Assembly (NCBI GenBank): GCA_028826165.1
Contig: JAPDFW010000094.1
Location: 186,001 to 250,000 of the forward strand
Reading direction: 5' to 3'
DNA length: 64,000 nt
Origin: Anaeramoeba ignava BMAN
Taxonomy: Eukaryota; Protista; Anaeramoebae
Both the position numbers and the translations under genes were made by a program. The notes under the pieces are model-generated. The model saw only the letters and a program-made list of their open reading frames with translations, ran no database searches and was not told the DNA's origin. How positions within the stretch are numbered: the first letter of the stretch is position 1; each line of letters opens with the position of its first letter. Below are positions 14,033 through 26,451 of the stretch, in pieces.

Positions 14033-14140
14033 TTTAAAAGAAAATGAAAAATAAAAGAAAAATGAAAATGAAAAAAGAAAAATGAAAATTGAAAAATTGA
14101 AAAATAAAAATGAAAAATTGAAAAATGAAAAATGAAAAAT

Positions 14141-14485
14141 TTGATTATAAAAATTGTTTCATTCTTGGAAATTATTTGATTATAAAAAATTGTTTTATTC
14201 TTGGAAATTATTTGATTATAAAAAAATTGTTTTATTCTTGAAATTTAATTATAAAAAAATTGTTTTATTCTTGAAATTATTTGATTATAAAAAAATTGTT
14301 TTATTCTTGAAATTATTTGATTATAAAAAAATTGTTTTATTCTTGAAATTTAATTATAAAAAAATTTCCCGAAAAGAAAAAAAATTTTTTATTCTCGAAA
14401 TTATTTGATTATAAAAAAATTGTTTTATTCTTGAAATTTAATTATAAAAAAATTTCCCGAAAAGAAAAAAAATTTTTTATTCTCA
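14141..14485. repeat. Intergenic ~33-36-bp tandem repeat (ttattcttgaaattatttgattataaaaaaattgttt)
   Basis: About 9 head-to-tail copies with no spacers. Confidence 0.85.
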
Positions 14486-14492
14486 ATTTTTT

Positions 14493-17400
14493 TTAATCTT
14501 TTTTTTCTTCTTTTTCTTCTTTAATATTCTCATTTGATTCTAAATCAACAGAATTAGATTGAATAGGAATTTCCTTAAGATCCAATTTCGCCAAAAGTTT
14601 TCCAGCCTCTAACAAAGAATCTCTACCGACATAAAGACCTTCAAAAGATCTATTTTCGATATTTTTAAACCAACGATTTGGGATCCAAGAAGATCCATAT
14701 AACGAACCAATCAACGCACCGAGAATAGCAGCAACAGTATCAGCATCGCCGCCCAATATAACGATTTCTTCGAGAGCTTGCTCGGGATTTTTACCGAATT
14801 TTCCCATGATATAACAAACAGAAGCAAGAGCATCTGCTGTGCGAATTTGGAACGTTTTACCGAATTCATTAGGTTCTGTAACAAGTTCCACTACTTGAAG
14901 TGGAGTCATTTCCTTATGCAAACATTCCAAAACAACTTCAAGTCTTTTTTTGATGAGCTCAACCTTCGACATATTGATTAGTTCATTGATCCATTGATCC
15001 GCATCAAAATCTTTTGGATTCATCTTTGTAAATTTTGCTATTGAAAATGCTTGTAGAAATGTCCCTTCAATTGCTTCAGGATGCACGTGTGTAGGAAGAA
15101 GCGCCAATCGCACTGCTTCGTGCATTACTTCTTGGCTTGCATTTCGAAAACTAAATCCAATTGGTGATATTCTCATTAATCCCCCATTTGCATATGAACC
15201 TTCAGGAAAAATCATTGTTCCTGATTCTCGATAGTCTATTTCTCCTTGGGATATTTTGCGAAGGATTTTGGAAACTGATGGTCCATATCCTCTTTGTGGA
15301 CGAGAATCAAAATATCGACCTTTTATTTTATATTTAAATAAATTAAAATATAATTATTTATTTTTGTTTTTAAATTTTTACCATAAGTTTTTGCTAAATG
15401 TTCAGCATTTAATCCTTGATTTTTAATTAAACTATCACAAACAGCAAGTGTCATTTCAGTATCATCTGTATATTGACCACTAAAATAAATTCAAATTAAA
15501 TAAATTCAATTAAATAAATTCAATCAAATAAATTCAATTAAATAAATTCAATTAAATAAATTCAATTAAATAAATTCAATTAAATAAATTCAATTAAATA
15601 AATTCAATTAAATAAATTCAATTAAATAAATTCAAATTAAATAAATCCAAATTAAATAAATTCAAATAAATAAATTCAAATAAATAAATTCAAATAAATA
15701 AATCCAAATAAATAAATTCAATTAAATAAATTCAATTTAAATAAATTCAATTAAATAAATCAAAATTAAATAAATTCAATCAAATAATCCAATTTAAATA
15801 AATTCAATTTAAATAAATTCAAATTAAATAAATCCAAATTAAATAAATTCAATTAAATAAATTCAAATTAAATAAATCCATTTAAATAAATTCAATTAAA
15901 TAAATCCAAATAAATAAATTCAAATTAATAAATTCAAAATTAAATAAATTCAATTAAATAAATTCAATTAAATAAATTCAATTAAATAAATCAAAATTAA
16001 ATAAATCCAATTTAATAATCCAAATTAAATAAATTCAATTAAATAAATCCAATTAAATAAATCCAATTAAATAAATCCAAATTAAATAAATTCAATTTAA
16101 TAAATTCAATTTAATAAATTCAATTAAATAATCAAAATTAAATAAATTCAATTTAAATAAATTCAAAATTAAATAAATTCAATTAAATTCAATCAAATAA
16201 TCAAAAATTAAATAAATTCAAATAAATAATCAAAATTAAATAAATTCAAATTAAATAAATTCAATTAAATAATTCAAATTAAATAAATTCAAATTAAATA
16301 AATTCAATTTAAATAAATTCAATTAAATAAATTCAATTTAAATAAATCAAAATTAAATAAATCCAATTAAATAATCCAAATTAAATAAATTCAATTAAAT
16401 AAATTCAAATAAATAAATTCAAAATAAATAAATTCAATTTAATAAATTCTATTAAATAAATTCAATTAAATAAATCCAAATTAAATAAATCCAAATTAAA
16501 TAAATTCAATTAAATAAATTCAATTAAATAAATTCAAATTAAATAAATTCAATTTAAATAAATTCAATTAAATAAATCCAAATTAAATAATTCAATTTAA
16601 ATAAATTTTAATAAATTCAATTTAATAAATTCAAATAAATAAATTCAATTAAATAAATCCAAATTGAAAATTCAATTTAATAAATTCAATTTAAAATAAA
16701 TTCAAATTAAATAAATCCAAATTAAATTCCAAATTATTTCCAATTAAATAAAATTCAATTAAATAAATAAAATTCAAATTAAATAAATCCAAATTCAATT
16801 AAATAAATCCAAATTAAATAAATTCAAATTAAATAAATTCAATTAAATAATCCAAATTAAATAAATCCAATTAAATAAATTCAATTAAATAAATTCAATT
16901 AAATAAATTCAAATTAAATAAATCCAATTAAATAAATTCAATTAATTAAATTCAATTAAATAAATCAAAATTAAATAAATCAAAATTAAATAAATTCAAT
17001 TAAATAAATTCAAATAAATAAATCAAAATTAAATAATCAAAATTAAATAATCAAAATTAAATAAATTCAATTAAATAAATTCAAATTAAATAAATCAAAA
17101 ATTAAATAATCAAAAATTAAATAATCAAAATTAAATAAATTCAATTTAATAATCCAAATAAATAAATTAAATTAAATAAATTCAATTAAATAAATTCAAT
17201 CAAATAATCAAAATTAAATAAATTCAATTTAATAATCCAATTTAATAATCCAAATTAAATAAATCCAATTTAATAATCCAAAATTAAATAAATTCAATTT
17301 AATAATCAAAATTAAATAAATTCAATTAAATAAATTCAAATTAAATAAATCCAAATTAAATAAATTCAATTTTAAATAAATTCAATTAAATAAATTCAAT

Positions 17401-18189
17401 TAAATAAATTCAATTAAATAAATTCAATTAAATAAATTCAATAAATTCAATTAAATAAATTCAATTAAATAAATTCAAAAATTAAAAAATTAAATTTAAA
17501 TAAATTCAATTTAATAAATCCAAATTAAATAAATCCAAATTAAATAAATTCAATCAAATAATCAAAATTAAATAAATTCAAATAAATAAATCCAATTTAA
17601 TAAATTCAAATTAAATAAATTCAATTAAATAAATCAAATTAAATAAATCCAATTAAATAAATCAAAATTAAATAAATCCAATTAAATAAATCCAATTAAA
17701 TAAATTCAATTAAATAAATTCAATTAAATAATCAAAATTAATAAATTCAAATAAATAAATTCAAATAAATAAATTCAAATTAATAAATTCAATTTAATAA
17801 ATTCAAATAAATAAATTCAAATAAATAAATTCAAATTAATAAATTCAATTTAATAAATTCAATTAAATAAATTCAATTAAATAAATCCAAATTAAATAAA
17901 TTCAATTAAATAAATTCAATTAAATAAATTCAATTAAATAAATTCAATCAAATAAATTCTGTTAAAAAATATTTTACAATCTTCTTTCATTTGAATCTAA
18001 AAAACTGTGTACTCTTTTATATTTTTTTTGTAATTTCTTTGGTTTGCTAAATTCACAATTTGCTCCTAAAATATCTCCACAACAACAACCTAATAACATT
18101 CCAAGACATCTATCAGTTATTTCATCTTCAGAAAGTTTGTCAATTAATGTTTCATCTTCTAAAGGTGGTAAAATTTTTGATAAAGCCAT
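14493..18189 (-). CDS. ADP-ribosylglycohydrolase (ARH/DraG family); exons 18189-17978, 15479-15382, 15319-14493
   Basis: GCCCGDILGA, GQYTDDT, RGYG, GSYANGGLMRISP, GGDADTVAAILGA. Confidence 0.93.
15480..17977 (-). repeat. 2.5-kb intron of ~14-bp repeat (ttcaattaaataaa on + strand)
   Basis: Direct reading. Confidence 0.9.
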
Positions 18190-18303
18190 TTTTAATTTTA
18201 ATTTTAATTTTAAATTTTAATTTTAATTTTAATTTTAATTTAAATTTTGATTGAAAAAATGAAAATTAAAATTTCGTAAAAAATTTTTTATTAATTTTAA
18301 TTT

Positions 18304-20969
18304 TTATTTGCGTTGATTTTCTATTGAACGAGAATAATAAAATCTTTCTTGTAACTTCCCAAACAGTTCAAAAGCTTGAGTAAAAGGGAGATTTTTCTGT
18401 TCAAAAATAACAAAAATCATGCAAGTTTCTGATCTTCCAGCAAAAATCCAATATTCTTGACTTTGTAAAATAATTTCTTTTGGTGATGGATTTCGATTAT
18501 TGAAATCTTTAAACAATGAAAGAATATAACGAATATTTTTCTTTGAGAAATGGGAACGATTTTTAACGGAAAAAAACTGTTTCATGTTAGTTAAAGGAGA
18601 CCAAAAAAAGATGATCGGATTAAGTGGGAACTCCTCATGTTTTTGCAAAGATAAATCCCCAATATTGATCCCAATAGTAAAGATCTCGTTTGCAATCATC
18701 ATCTCCAATTTCTGATAAAAAGAAACATCGATCGAAACTTGAGGATCGACAATGAAGACAATGATAATTTTATAGACTTGGTAAATAACCAAACTGTTTT
18801 CTTTTTCCTCTTTCCCAGTAAAAACCCTGATTGTGTTGAACGCAGTATTTGGATCCTGAATATTTTCCGGTCCCATGACAAATCTCGGCAATTTATTCCA
18901 CGATACATTTCCCTTATTGGCTTTGGAAACTGTCTGATTCTCTGGCAATTTGCTGTCAGTTTGGAAAGAATCAAAATTATAAATTAAACTTTTCATTTTT
19001 TGCTCATTGAAACTTTGAGAATTCTTCATTTTGTGCAATTTTCCTTGGTTTTTAGAAGAAGTAATGTCTTTTTGGCTTTGGGTTTTATGTTGAGAAATGA
19101 AAGAGGTTTCTTTGTTTTCTTTGAAGTTATTTTGAATATTTAAATTTGAATGTTTTGTTGATTTGACTTGAACTTTTGTTAAAAAATTTTCAAATTCTTG
19201 ATCTTGTTTATCCTCTTCATTTGAACCCATTTTAACTGAAAACAATTTCTTTGATAAAAATTCTGTTAATAAAATTGTTTGTTTTTCGTTTAAAGAACTC
19301 CATAAAAGTTGATCTTTATAATAAAAGAGTGAATATTTAATACTTGGAAGATTTAATTCTATTTGATTTAAAAAGCATTGAACTCGAAGGAAAATTTTTG
19401 GGTTTAAAGAAAGATAAGGGATTCCTATATTTAATATAAATTTGAATTAAATTGGATATTGATTTAAATATTAATTTAAATATTGATTTAAATATTTGAT
19501 TTAAATATTAATTTAAATATTAAATATTAATTTGAATATTAATTTAAATATTAGATTTAAATATTAGATTTAAATATTTGATTTAAATATTTGATTTAAA
19601 TATTTGATTTAAATATTTGATTTAAATATTTGATTTAAATATTTGATTTAAATATTAATTTAAATATTAATTTAAATATTAATTTAATTATTAATTTAAA
19701 TATTAATTTAAATATTAGTTTAAATATTGATATAAATTTGAATTAAATTTGAATATTAATTTAAATATTAATTTAAATATTAATTTAATTTAAATATTTG
19801 ATTTGAATTGCATTTGGAAATGTTTTCAAAAATACCATCAAAAACAACATTTATTGAATTATTTATATTTGATTGTGAATAATCAATTGATGTTAAATAA
19901 TTTGGCATAAATAAATCAAGTTTATTTTGTAAAGTTCTTAAAGAAAATCGTTCTAAAATTCTTTTAAATGATCCATGAAAAAAACAAAACATTTCATAAG
20001 CTTGAGTAAGTATTTTTTGTAATACAGAATTATTTTGCATTTTTTTGTCTATATTTGAATTTATATTTGCTTGATTTTTAGATTGAATTGATGGATTCGT
20101 TGTGACCTTTTGAATTTTTTTTTAAATTTAATTATTTTTCATATTAAATTGTTTTTCAAATTTAAATTGTTTTTAAATTTAATTGTTTTTCATTTTAAAT
20201 TGGTTTCAAATTAAATTATTTCCAAATTAAATTGTTTTTAAATTTAAATTCTTTTTGAAATTGAATTGATTTTGAATTTGAATTGTTTTTGAATTTAAAT
20301 TATTTTTCAATTAAATTGCTTTCCAAATTAAATTGTTTTTCAATTTAAATTGTTTTTGAAATTTAATTATTTTTCATATTAAATTGTTTTTCAATTTAAA
20401 TTGGTTTTGAATTAAATTCTTTTTGAATTGTTTTCCAAATTAAATTGTTTTTGAATTATTTTTCATATTAATTTCAAATTAAATTATTTCCAATTTAAAT
20501 TCTTTTCCAAATTAAATTCTTTTTCAAATTAAATTGGTTTTGAATTCTTTTTCAATTTATAATTACAAGAATCATCCAAAAATTTGGTTCACATTGAAAT
20601 AAATTAAATCTTTGCTTTTGTAAATGAACAGATAATCGATTTCTTTTTTGTTCAAAAGTTCTTATCAAAAAAAATAAAAATAAAAATATAAATAAATAAA
20701 ATAAAATCAAATAAAATCATTTCGATAAAATAAACAAAAAAATCAAATCAAAAGAAATAAAATCTTGACAAACAAATTCTGTAAATAATAATTTACTGTG
20801 TAAATGTTATTAATCCTTCTGCAAAACCAATTAAAGATAATTTTTTTTGAATATGAAATTCACTTGGAAAAAAGTGGATTATTTTTGATATTTCGGATTT
20901 TTGTGATTCTTGTAAAGAAGGATTAAAAACAGCAAAAGAAAATAATTGAGGAGAAATTATATAATTCAT
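18304..20969 (-). CDS. CCZ1: Vacuolar fusion protein CCZ1-like (longin-domain Rab7 GEF subunit); exons 20969-20797, 20660-20567, 20106-19836, 19424-18304
   Basis: SFAVFNP...KIIHFFP...IGFAEGLITFT, EPNFWMIL, LTQAYEMFCFFHGSF, GIPYLSLNPKIFLRVQCF resemble CCZ1; HPS4 not excluded. Confidence 0.75.
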
Positions 20970-21162
20970 TTTAAAATTAAATATAAAAAAATAAATCAAA
21001 AAAATAAATGAAAAAAATAAAATGAAAAAAAAAATGAAATTTTGTTTTATTTAAAAAAAAGAAAATTGAAAAAAAAATTTATTTTGTTCTGTTTGTCAAA
21101 AAAATAAACTCTTCTTGTCTTTATTTTTTCTGAATCTTGTTATTTTTTCTGTTTAATTTTTT

Positions 21163-21530
21163 TTAACCGAAAAATATTTTCTTCATAAAATGAATAACCA
21201 AAATAAACAGAACAAAAGCTCCAAAAACTGTTAAAACCATTTGCGGTGAGAGTGGAATTCCTATTGTAGAAAGACTTGAATTCTCAGAATAAATTCCAAA
21301 ATGACTTGAACCTCTTCCAAGTGAAGATTTTGATTTTATACTGAATTTTTATTATTTTAATAAAAAATTTTTTTTTAATTTATTTTCTTTTATTAATTTC
21401 TTTTATTTATTTATTTACCTTTTTCCTTTTCCTGACTAAATTTTAATTTTGAATTGTTTTATTAAAAATTAAAATTTAAATTAAATTAATAAATTAGATT
21501 TTAAATCATTTATAATTAAAATAATACCAT
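21163..21530 (-). CDS. SEC61B: Sec61 beta subunit (tail-anchored); exons 21530-21528 (ATG only), 21435-21419 (17 nt), 21340-21163
   Basis: M|SGKGKS|IKSKSSLGRGSSHFGIYSENSSLSTIGIPLSPQMVLTVFGAFVLFILVIHFMKKIFFG* has the Y-[ST]-E ... P..VL ... H ... K pattern of Sec61beta. Not in the ORF track. Confidence 0.8.
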
Positions 21531-21579
21531 TTTAAAAAAAAATGAAAAATGAAAAATGAAAAAATGAAAAAATATTTTT

Positions 21580-22530
21580 GGATTTATTTTAATATTTATT
21601 TTAAGATTTATTTTAAGATTTATTTTAAGATTATTTTAATATTTATTTTAATATTTATTTTAAGATTGATTTTAAGATTTATTTTAAGATTGATTTTTAA
21701 GATTTATTTTAAAGATTTATTTTAAGATTTATTTTAAGATTTATTTTAAGATTTATTTTAAGATTTATTTTAAGATTGATTTTAAGATTTATTTTAATAT
21801 TTATTTTAAGATTTATTTTAATATTTATTTTAAGATTTATTTTAAGATTTATTTTAAGATTGATTGATTGATTGATTAATTGATTGATTTTAATGATTGA
21901 TTGATTAATTGATTAATTGATTGATTGATTGATTAATTGATTGATTGATTGATTAATTAATTGATTGATTGATTGATTGATTTTAATAATGGATTGTTAT
22001 TGGTGATTGATTAATTGATTGATTGGTAATTGGTAATTGGATTAATTGGTGATTTTGGTAATTGGTAATTGGGTAATTAATTGATTGGTAATTAGTAGTG
22101 GTAATTAGTGGTAATAATTAATAATTATTATTTTATTATTAGTGGTAATTGGTAATTGGAAATTGGTAATTGGTAATTGGTAATTAATTGATTTATTAAT
22201 TATTGGTAATTGTAACCCAATAATTATTGGTAATTGGTAATTGGTAGTAATTAATGGTAATTGGTAATTGATTAATTGGTAATGGTAATTGGTATTATTT
22301 GATTAATTAATTAATAAATTATTGAGTTTTTAATTAATTGGTGATTATTTTGACAATTTGATGGTAATTTGGTAATTGGTTGATTGATTGATTTTAATTA
22401 GTGATTATTGATTGGTGATTAATTAGTAATTGATTGATTAATTGGATTGGTTGATTGATTAATTGATTAATTGATTGATTGATTGGATTGATTAATTGAT
22501 TGATTGGAATTTTAAGATTGATTGTTTGTT
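21580..22530. repeat. Intergenic compound microsatellite: (ttttaagattta)n, (gatt)n, degenerate (ggtaatt)n
   Basis: Direct reading. Confidence 0.85.
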
Positions 22531-22567
22531 TGTCATCTTTTTAAAAAATTTGTGATTTTTGAGGTTT

Positions 22568-24523
22568 TTAAAAAATTAAACATTTTTCTTTCTTTTGATT
22601 TTGATTATTAAATTTTTTAATTAATAAATCAAATAAATTTGGATTTGTTTGATTTAATTGAAAATAATCAATTCCAATTTCAATTTCTTCAATTATTTCT
22701 TGTGTAATTTGAATTTCTTCTTTAATTTGATTTGAATAAATCCAATATTCAAATATTTGAAATGATTTATTACTTAATTCACTATAATCTGTAACTTTAT
22801 TAGAAGTATCATTTGTTACAGATAAAAACATTCCTCGATATAATTCACTTCTCATTATTAATATTAATTTAGGAAATTTATATTGTTTTTCTTTTCTTTC
22901 AATTATAAAATCTTTTTCATTTTCATTTTTATTTAAATAAATTCTTTTCATTGTTTCTTCAATTTTTTCATTGTAATTTATAATTTCTTTAATTTCAGAA
23001 TATAATTTTGGATTTATTTTGGAATTATTTGAATAAATCATTTCAAATATTTGATTTGATTCTTTAATTGATTTATTTGAAATAATTTCTTGAAGTTTTT
23101 CAATTTCATTTTGATTTTGATTTAATCTATATTTCAATATTAATTTATGAGCTTCAATTATTTCTCCATTTTTGGTTTTAAATGAAATATCACAAAATTC
23201 TTTTCTTTCAAATAATTTTATCAAATCTTCTTCAAGATTGGAAAAATAAGGAGGAGAATAATAAAGGAATGATCTTTTATATCCACAATAAATATGATAA
23301 TTAGAAATATATTCATTAAATCTTAATTTAGGAAGTTCAATCTGAGATAGAATTAATTGATCTTTTATATTTCCAGTTCCTAATTGACCATATTCATTAT
23401 CTCCGAATATAATCATTTTTCTTTTGGAAGTTAAAATTAAATTATGATTAGTTCCAACAGAAAAATCAAGAATATTATCATCATTTTCAAATAAAGATGA
23501 TTTGATTTCAGTAAATTCACAAGTATCTTTGTTAAGTAGATTATATTGATAATTTCCACACGAATAAAGTGTTCTTTTTGGATTTTGATTTTGATTTTGA
23601 TTTTTATTTTGATTTTTATTTTGATTTTGATTTTGATTTTGATTTTGATTTTGATTTTGATTTTGATTTTGATTTTGATTTTGATTTTGATTTTGATTTT
23701 TATTTTGATTTTGATTTTGATTTTGATTTTGATTTTGATTTTGATTTTGAATTTCATTTTCAATCAACATTATTGAATGCCAATTTCCACATTGAATATC
23801 AATTATTTTGCCTTTTGGAATATTTTGGATTTTGGTTGATTTATCGATTTTTTCTTCTTTTCTTGATTCTCCTAATCCAAGTTGTCCAAATCGATTATCA
23901 CCGCATCCAAATAATTCTTGATTTGAATTTAAAAGAAAAACATGTTTTGAATTACTTTTTGAAAATATTTTAGAAACATTTTTCATCATTAAAATTGGTT
24001 TTTCTGTTTTATAAAGTGTTTCAGAATCAAAACCAAGTTGACCATAATCATTTGAACCAATTCCATAAGCATTTTGATTTGAAGTTAATAAATAAATTGA
24101 TTGATATCCGGAAACAATATCTTGAATTATTCTATCATTTGTATCTTCAATTAATGATGAAATATTGATAAATTCATTTGGATTATCTGGATTAATATCA
24201 ATTCCTTTGGCAAATACATTTCCTTCTATTGCTAAAATAGCTTCATTTCGATAACCAACAGTTACTTTTTGAATATTTTCTTCAATTTGGATTTTTTCAG
24301 GATTTTGTTTTGAATCATTTTCACTTAAATATTCTATTGCTTTTCCATTTTCAAAAAGGAAAATTGTTGAAAATCTTCCTGATGAAATTTGTTTAATTTG
24401 TTTTTCATTTTCATTTTCATTTTCAAATTTAAATTGAATTGGTTTTGTTATTTTATCTGGTTTATTTTTGAAAAGAATTGGATATTGATTTTGACCAACA
24501 AACCAAATATCATTCATATTCAT
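22568..24523 (-). CDS. RCC1-repeat / BTB-BTB protein, copy A, with (NQ)n insertion and C-terminal CLIF
   Basis: GSNDYGQLG, GDNRFGQLGLG, GDNEYGQLGTG; FCDISF..AHKLIL; ILIMRSELYRGMFLSV. Confidence 0.9.
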   Translation of the reverse strand: MNMNDIWFVGQNQYPILFKNKPDKITKPIQFKFENENENEKQIKQISSGRFSTIFLFENGKAIEYLSENDSKQNPEKIQIEENIQKVTVGYRNEAILAIEGNVFAKGIDINPDNPNEFINISSLIEDTNDRIIQDIVSGYQSIYLLTSNQNAYGIGSNDYGQLGFDSETLYKTEKPILMMKNVSKIFSKSNSKHVFLLNSNQELFGCGDNRFGQLGLGESRKEEKIDKSTKIQNIPKGKIIDIQCGNWHSIMLIENEIQNQNQNQNQNQNQNQNKNQNQNQNQNQNQNQNQNQNQNQNQNQNKNQNKNQNQNQNPKRTLYSCGNYQYNLLNKDTCEFTEIKSSLFENDDNILDFSVGTNHNLILTSKRKMIIFGDNEYGQLGTGNIKDQLILSQIELPKLRFNEYISNYHIYCGYKRSFLYYSPPYFSNLEEDLIKLFERKEFCDISFKTKNGEIIEAHKLILKYRLNQNQNEIEKLQEIISNKSIKESNQIFEMIYSNNSKINPKLYSEIKEIINYNEKIEETMKRIYLNKNENEKDFIIERKEKQYKFPKLILIMRSELYRGMFLSVTNDTSNKVTDYSELSNKSFQIFEYWIYSNQIKEEIQITQEIIEEIEIGIDYFQLNQTNPNLFDLLIKKFNNQNQKKEKCLIF

Positions 24524-24578
24524 CTTTTTTTTATTTTTCATTTTATTTTTGAAAAGAAAAAAATGAAAAAAAATAATT

Positions 24579-26357
24579 TTAATTTTGATTATTAAATTTG
24601 TTAATTAATAAATCAAATAAATTTGGATTTGTTTGATTTAATTGAAAATAATCAATTCCAATTTCAATTTCTTCAATAATTTCTTGTGTAATTTTAATTC
24701 CTTTTTTGATTTGATTTGAATAAATCCAATATTCAAATATTTGAAATGATTTATTACTTAATTCACTATAATCTGTAACTTTATTAGATTTATCATTTGT
24801 TACAGATAAAAACATTCCTCGATATAATTCACTTCTCATTATTAATATTAATTTAGGAAATTTATATTTCTTTTCTTTTCTTTCAATTATAAAATCTTTT
24901 TCATTTTCATTTAAATAAATCCTTTTCATTGTTTCTTCAATTTTTTCATTTAAATTTATAATTTCTTTAATTTCTAAATATAATTTTGGATTTATTTTGG
25001 AATTATTTGAATAAATCATTTCAAATATTTGATTTGATTCTTTAATTGATTTTTTTGAAATAATTTCTTGAAGTTTTTCAATTTCATTTTGATTTTGATT
25101 TAATCTATATTTTAATATTAATTTATGAGCTTCAATTATTTCTCCATTTTCTGTTTTAAATGAAATATCACAAAATTCTTTTCTTTCAAATAATTTTATC
25201 AAATCTTCTTCAAGATTGGAAAAAGAAAGAGGAGAATAATAAAGGAATGAATTCCAGTATCCACAATAAATATGATAATTAGAAATTTCTTCATTAAATC
25301 TTAATTCAGGAGGACGTACTTGAACTGGAATTTTATAATCAAGATAGGGGTAATCAATAATATTAAATTGAGGGAAATAATTCTTGCCAAATTCGATCAT
25401 TTTTCCATTTTCTGTTAAAATCAAAGTATGTTCATTTCCAACAGAAACTTCTCGAATATTATCATCATCTTCAAATAAAAATGATTTGAGTTCAGTAAAT
25501 TCATAAGTATCTTTGTAAAATCCATTCGCTTCCTCAAATCCACATGAATAAAGTTTTCTTTTTGGATTTTCATTTTGATTTTCATTTTCAATCAATATTA
25601 TTGAATGAATATATGTAGTTTGAATATCAATTATTTTGCCTTTTGGAATATTTTGGATTTTGGTTAATTTATGGATTTCTGTTTCTTCTTTTAATGTTTC
25701 TCCTAATCCAAGTTGACCGAAATTATTTCTTCCACAACAAAATAATTCTTGATTTGAATTTAAAAGAAAAACATGATTTGAAGAAATTCCTGAAAATATT
25801 TTAGAAACATTTTTCATTATTAAAATTGGTTTTTCTGTTTTATTAAGTGTTTCAGAATCAAAACCAAGTTGACCATATTCATTATCACCAATTCCATAAG
25901 CATTTTGATTTGAAGTTAATAAGTAAATTGAATTTCTTGAACAAACAATATCTTGAATTATTCTATCATTTTTATCTTCAATTAATGATGAAATATTGAT
26001 AAATTGATTTGTATTATTTGGATTGACATCATTTCCTTTTGCAAATACATTTCCTTCTATTGTTAAAATAGCTTCATTTTGAAAACCAACAGTTACTTTT
26101 TGAATATTTTCAATTTGGATTTTTTCAGGATTTTGTTTTGAATCATTTTCATTTAAGTATTCTATTGCTTTTCCATTTTTAAAAAGGAAAATTGTTGAAC
26201 AATAACCTGATGAAATTTGTTTAATTTGTTTTTCATTTTCATTTTCATTTTCATTTTCATTTTCAAATTTAAATTGAATTGGTTTTGTTATTTCTTTTGG
26301 TTTATTTTTGAAAAGAACTGGAGTTTGATTTTGACCAACAAACCAAATATCATTCAT
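24579..26357 (-). CDS. RCC1-repeat / BTB-BTB protein, copy B (tandem paralog)
   Basis: Near-identical to copy A over long stretches; likely start MNDIW at 26357. Confidence 0.9.
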   Translation of the reverse strand: MNDIWFVGQNQTPVLFKNKPKEITKPIQFKFENENENENENEKQIKQISSGYCSTIFLFKNGKAIEYLNENDSKQNPEKIQIENIQKVTVGFQNEAILTIEGNVFAKGNDVNPNNTNQFINISSLIEDKNDRIIQDIVCSRNSIYLLTSNQNAYGIGDNEYGQLGFDSETLNKTEKPILIMKNVSKIFSGISSNHVFLLNSNQELFCCGRNNFGQLGLGETLKEETEIHKLTKIQNIPKGKIIDIQTTYIHSIILIENENQNENPKRKLYSCGFEEANGFYKDTYEFTELKSFLFEDDDNIREVSVGNEHTLILTENGKMIEFGKNYFPQFNIIDYPYLDYKIPVQVRPPELRFNEEISNYHIYCGYWNSFLYYSPLSFSNLEEDLIKLFERKEFCDISFKTENGEIIEAHKLILKYRLNQNQNEIEKLQEIISKKSIKESNQIFEMIYSNNSKINPKLYLEIKEIINLNEKIEETMKRIYLNENEKDFIIERKEKKYKFPKLILIMRSELYRGMFLSVTNDKSNKVTDYSELSNKSFQIFEYWIYSNQIKKGIKITQEIIEEIEIGIDYFQLNQTNPNLFDLLINKFNNQN

Positions 26358-26384
26358 TTTATTTTTGAAAAAGAAAAAAAATAA

Positions 26385-26445
26385 TTTTTCATTTTTCATT
26401 TTTCATTTTTCATTTTTTTCATTTTTCATTTTTTTCATTTCATTT
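26385..26445 (+). promoter_or_regulatory. Tandem TTTTTCA (Inr-like TCATTT) array just upstream of an ATG; representative of many in the window
   Basis: The same motif occurs in sense orientation before most start codons. Confidence 0.55.
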
Positions 26446-26451
26446 TTAATT

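Noticed and set aside
14141-14485. ~35-bp repeats resembling a CRISPR array
   Set aside because: Head-to-tail with no unique spacers, no cas genes, eukaryotic context.
22020-22420. (ggtaatt)n as a telomere-like repeat
   Set aside because: Degenerate, internal, mixed with (gatt)n; no regular telomeric unit.
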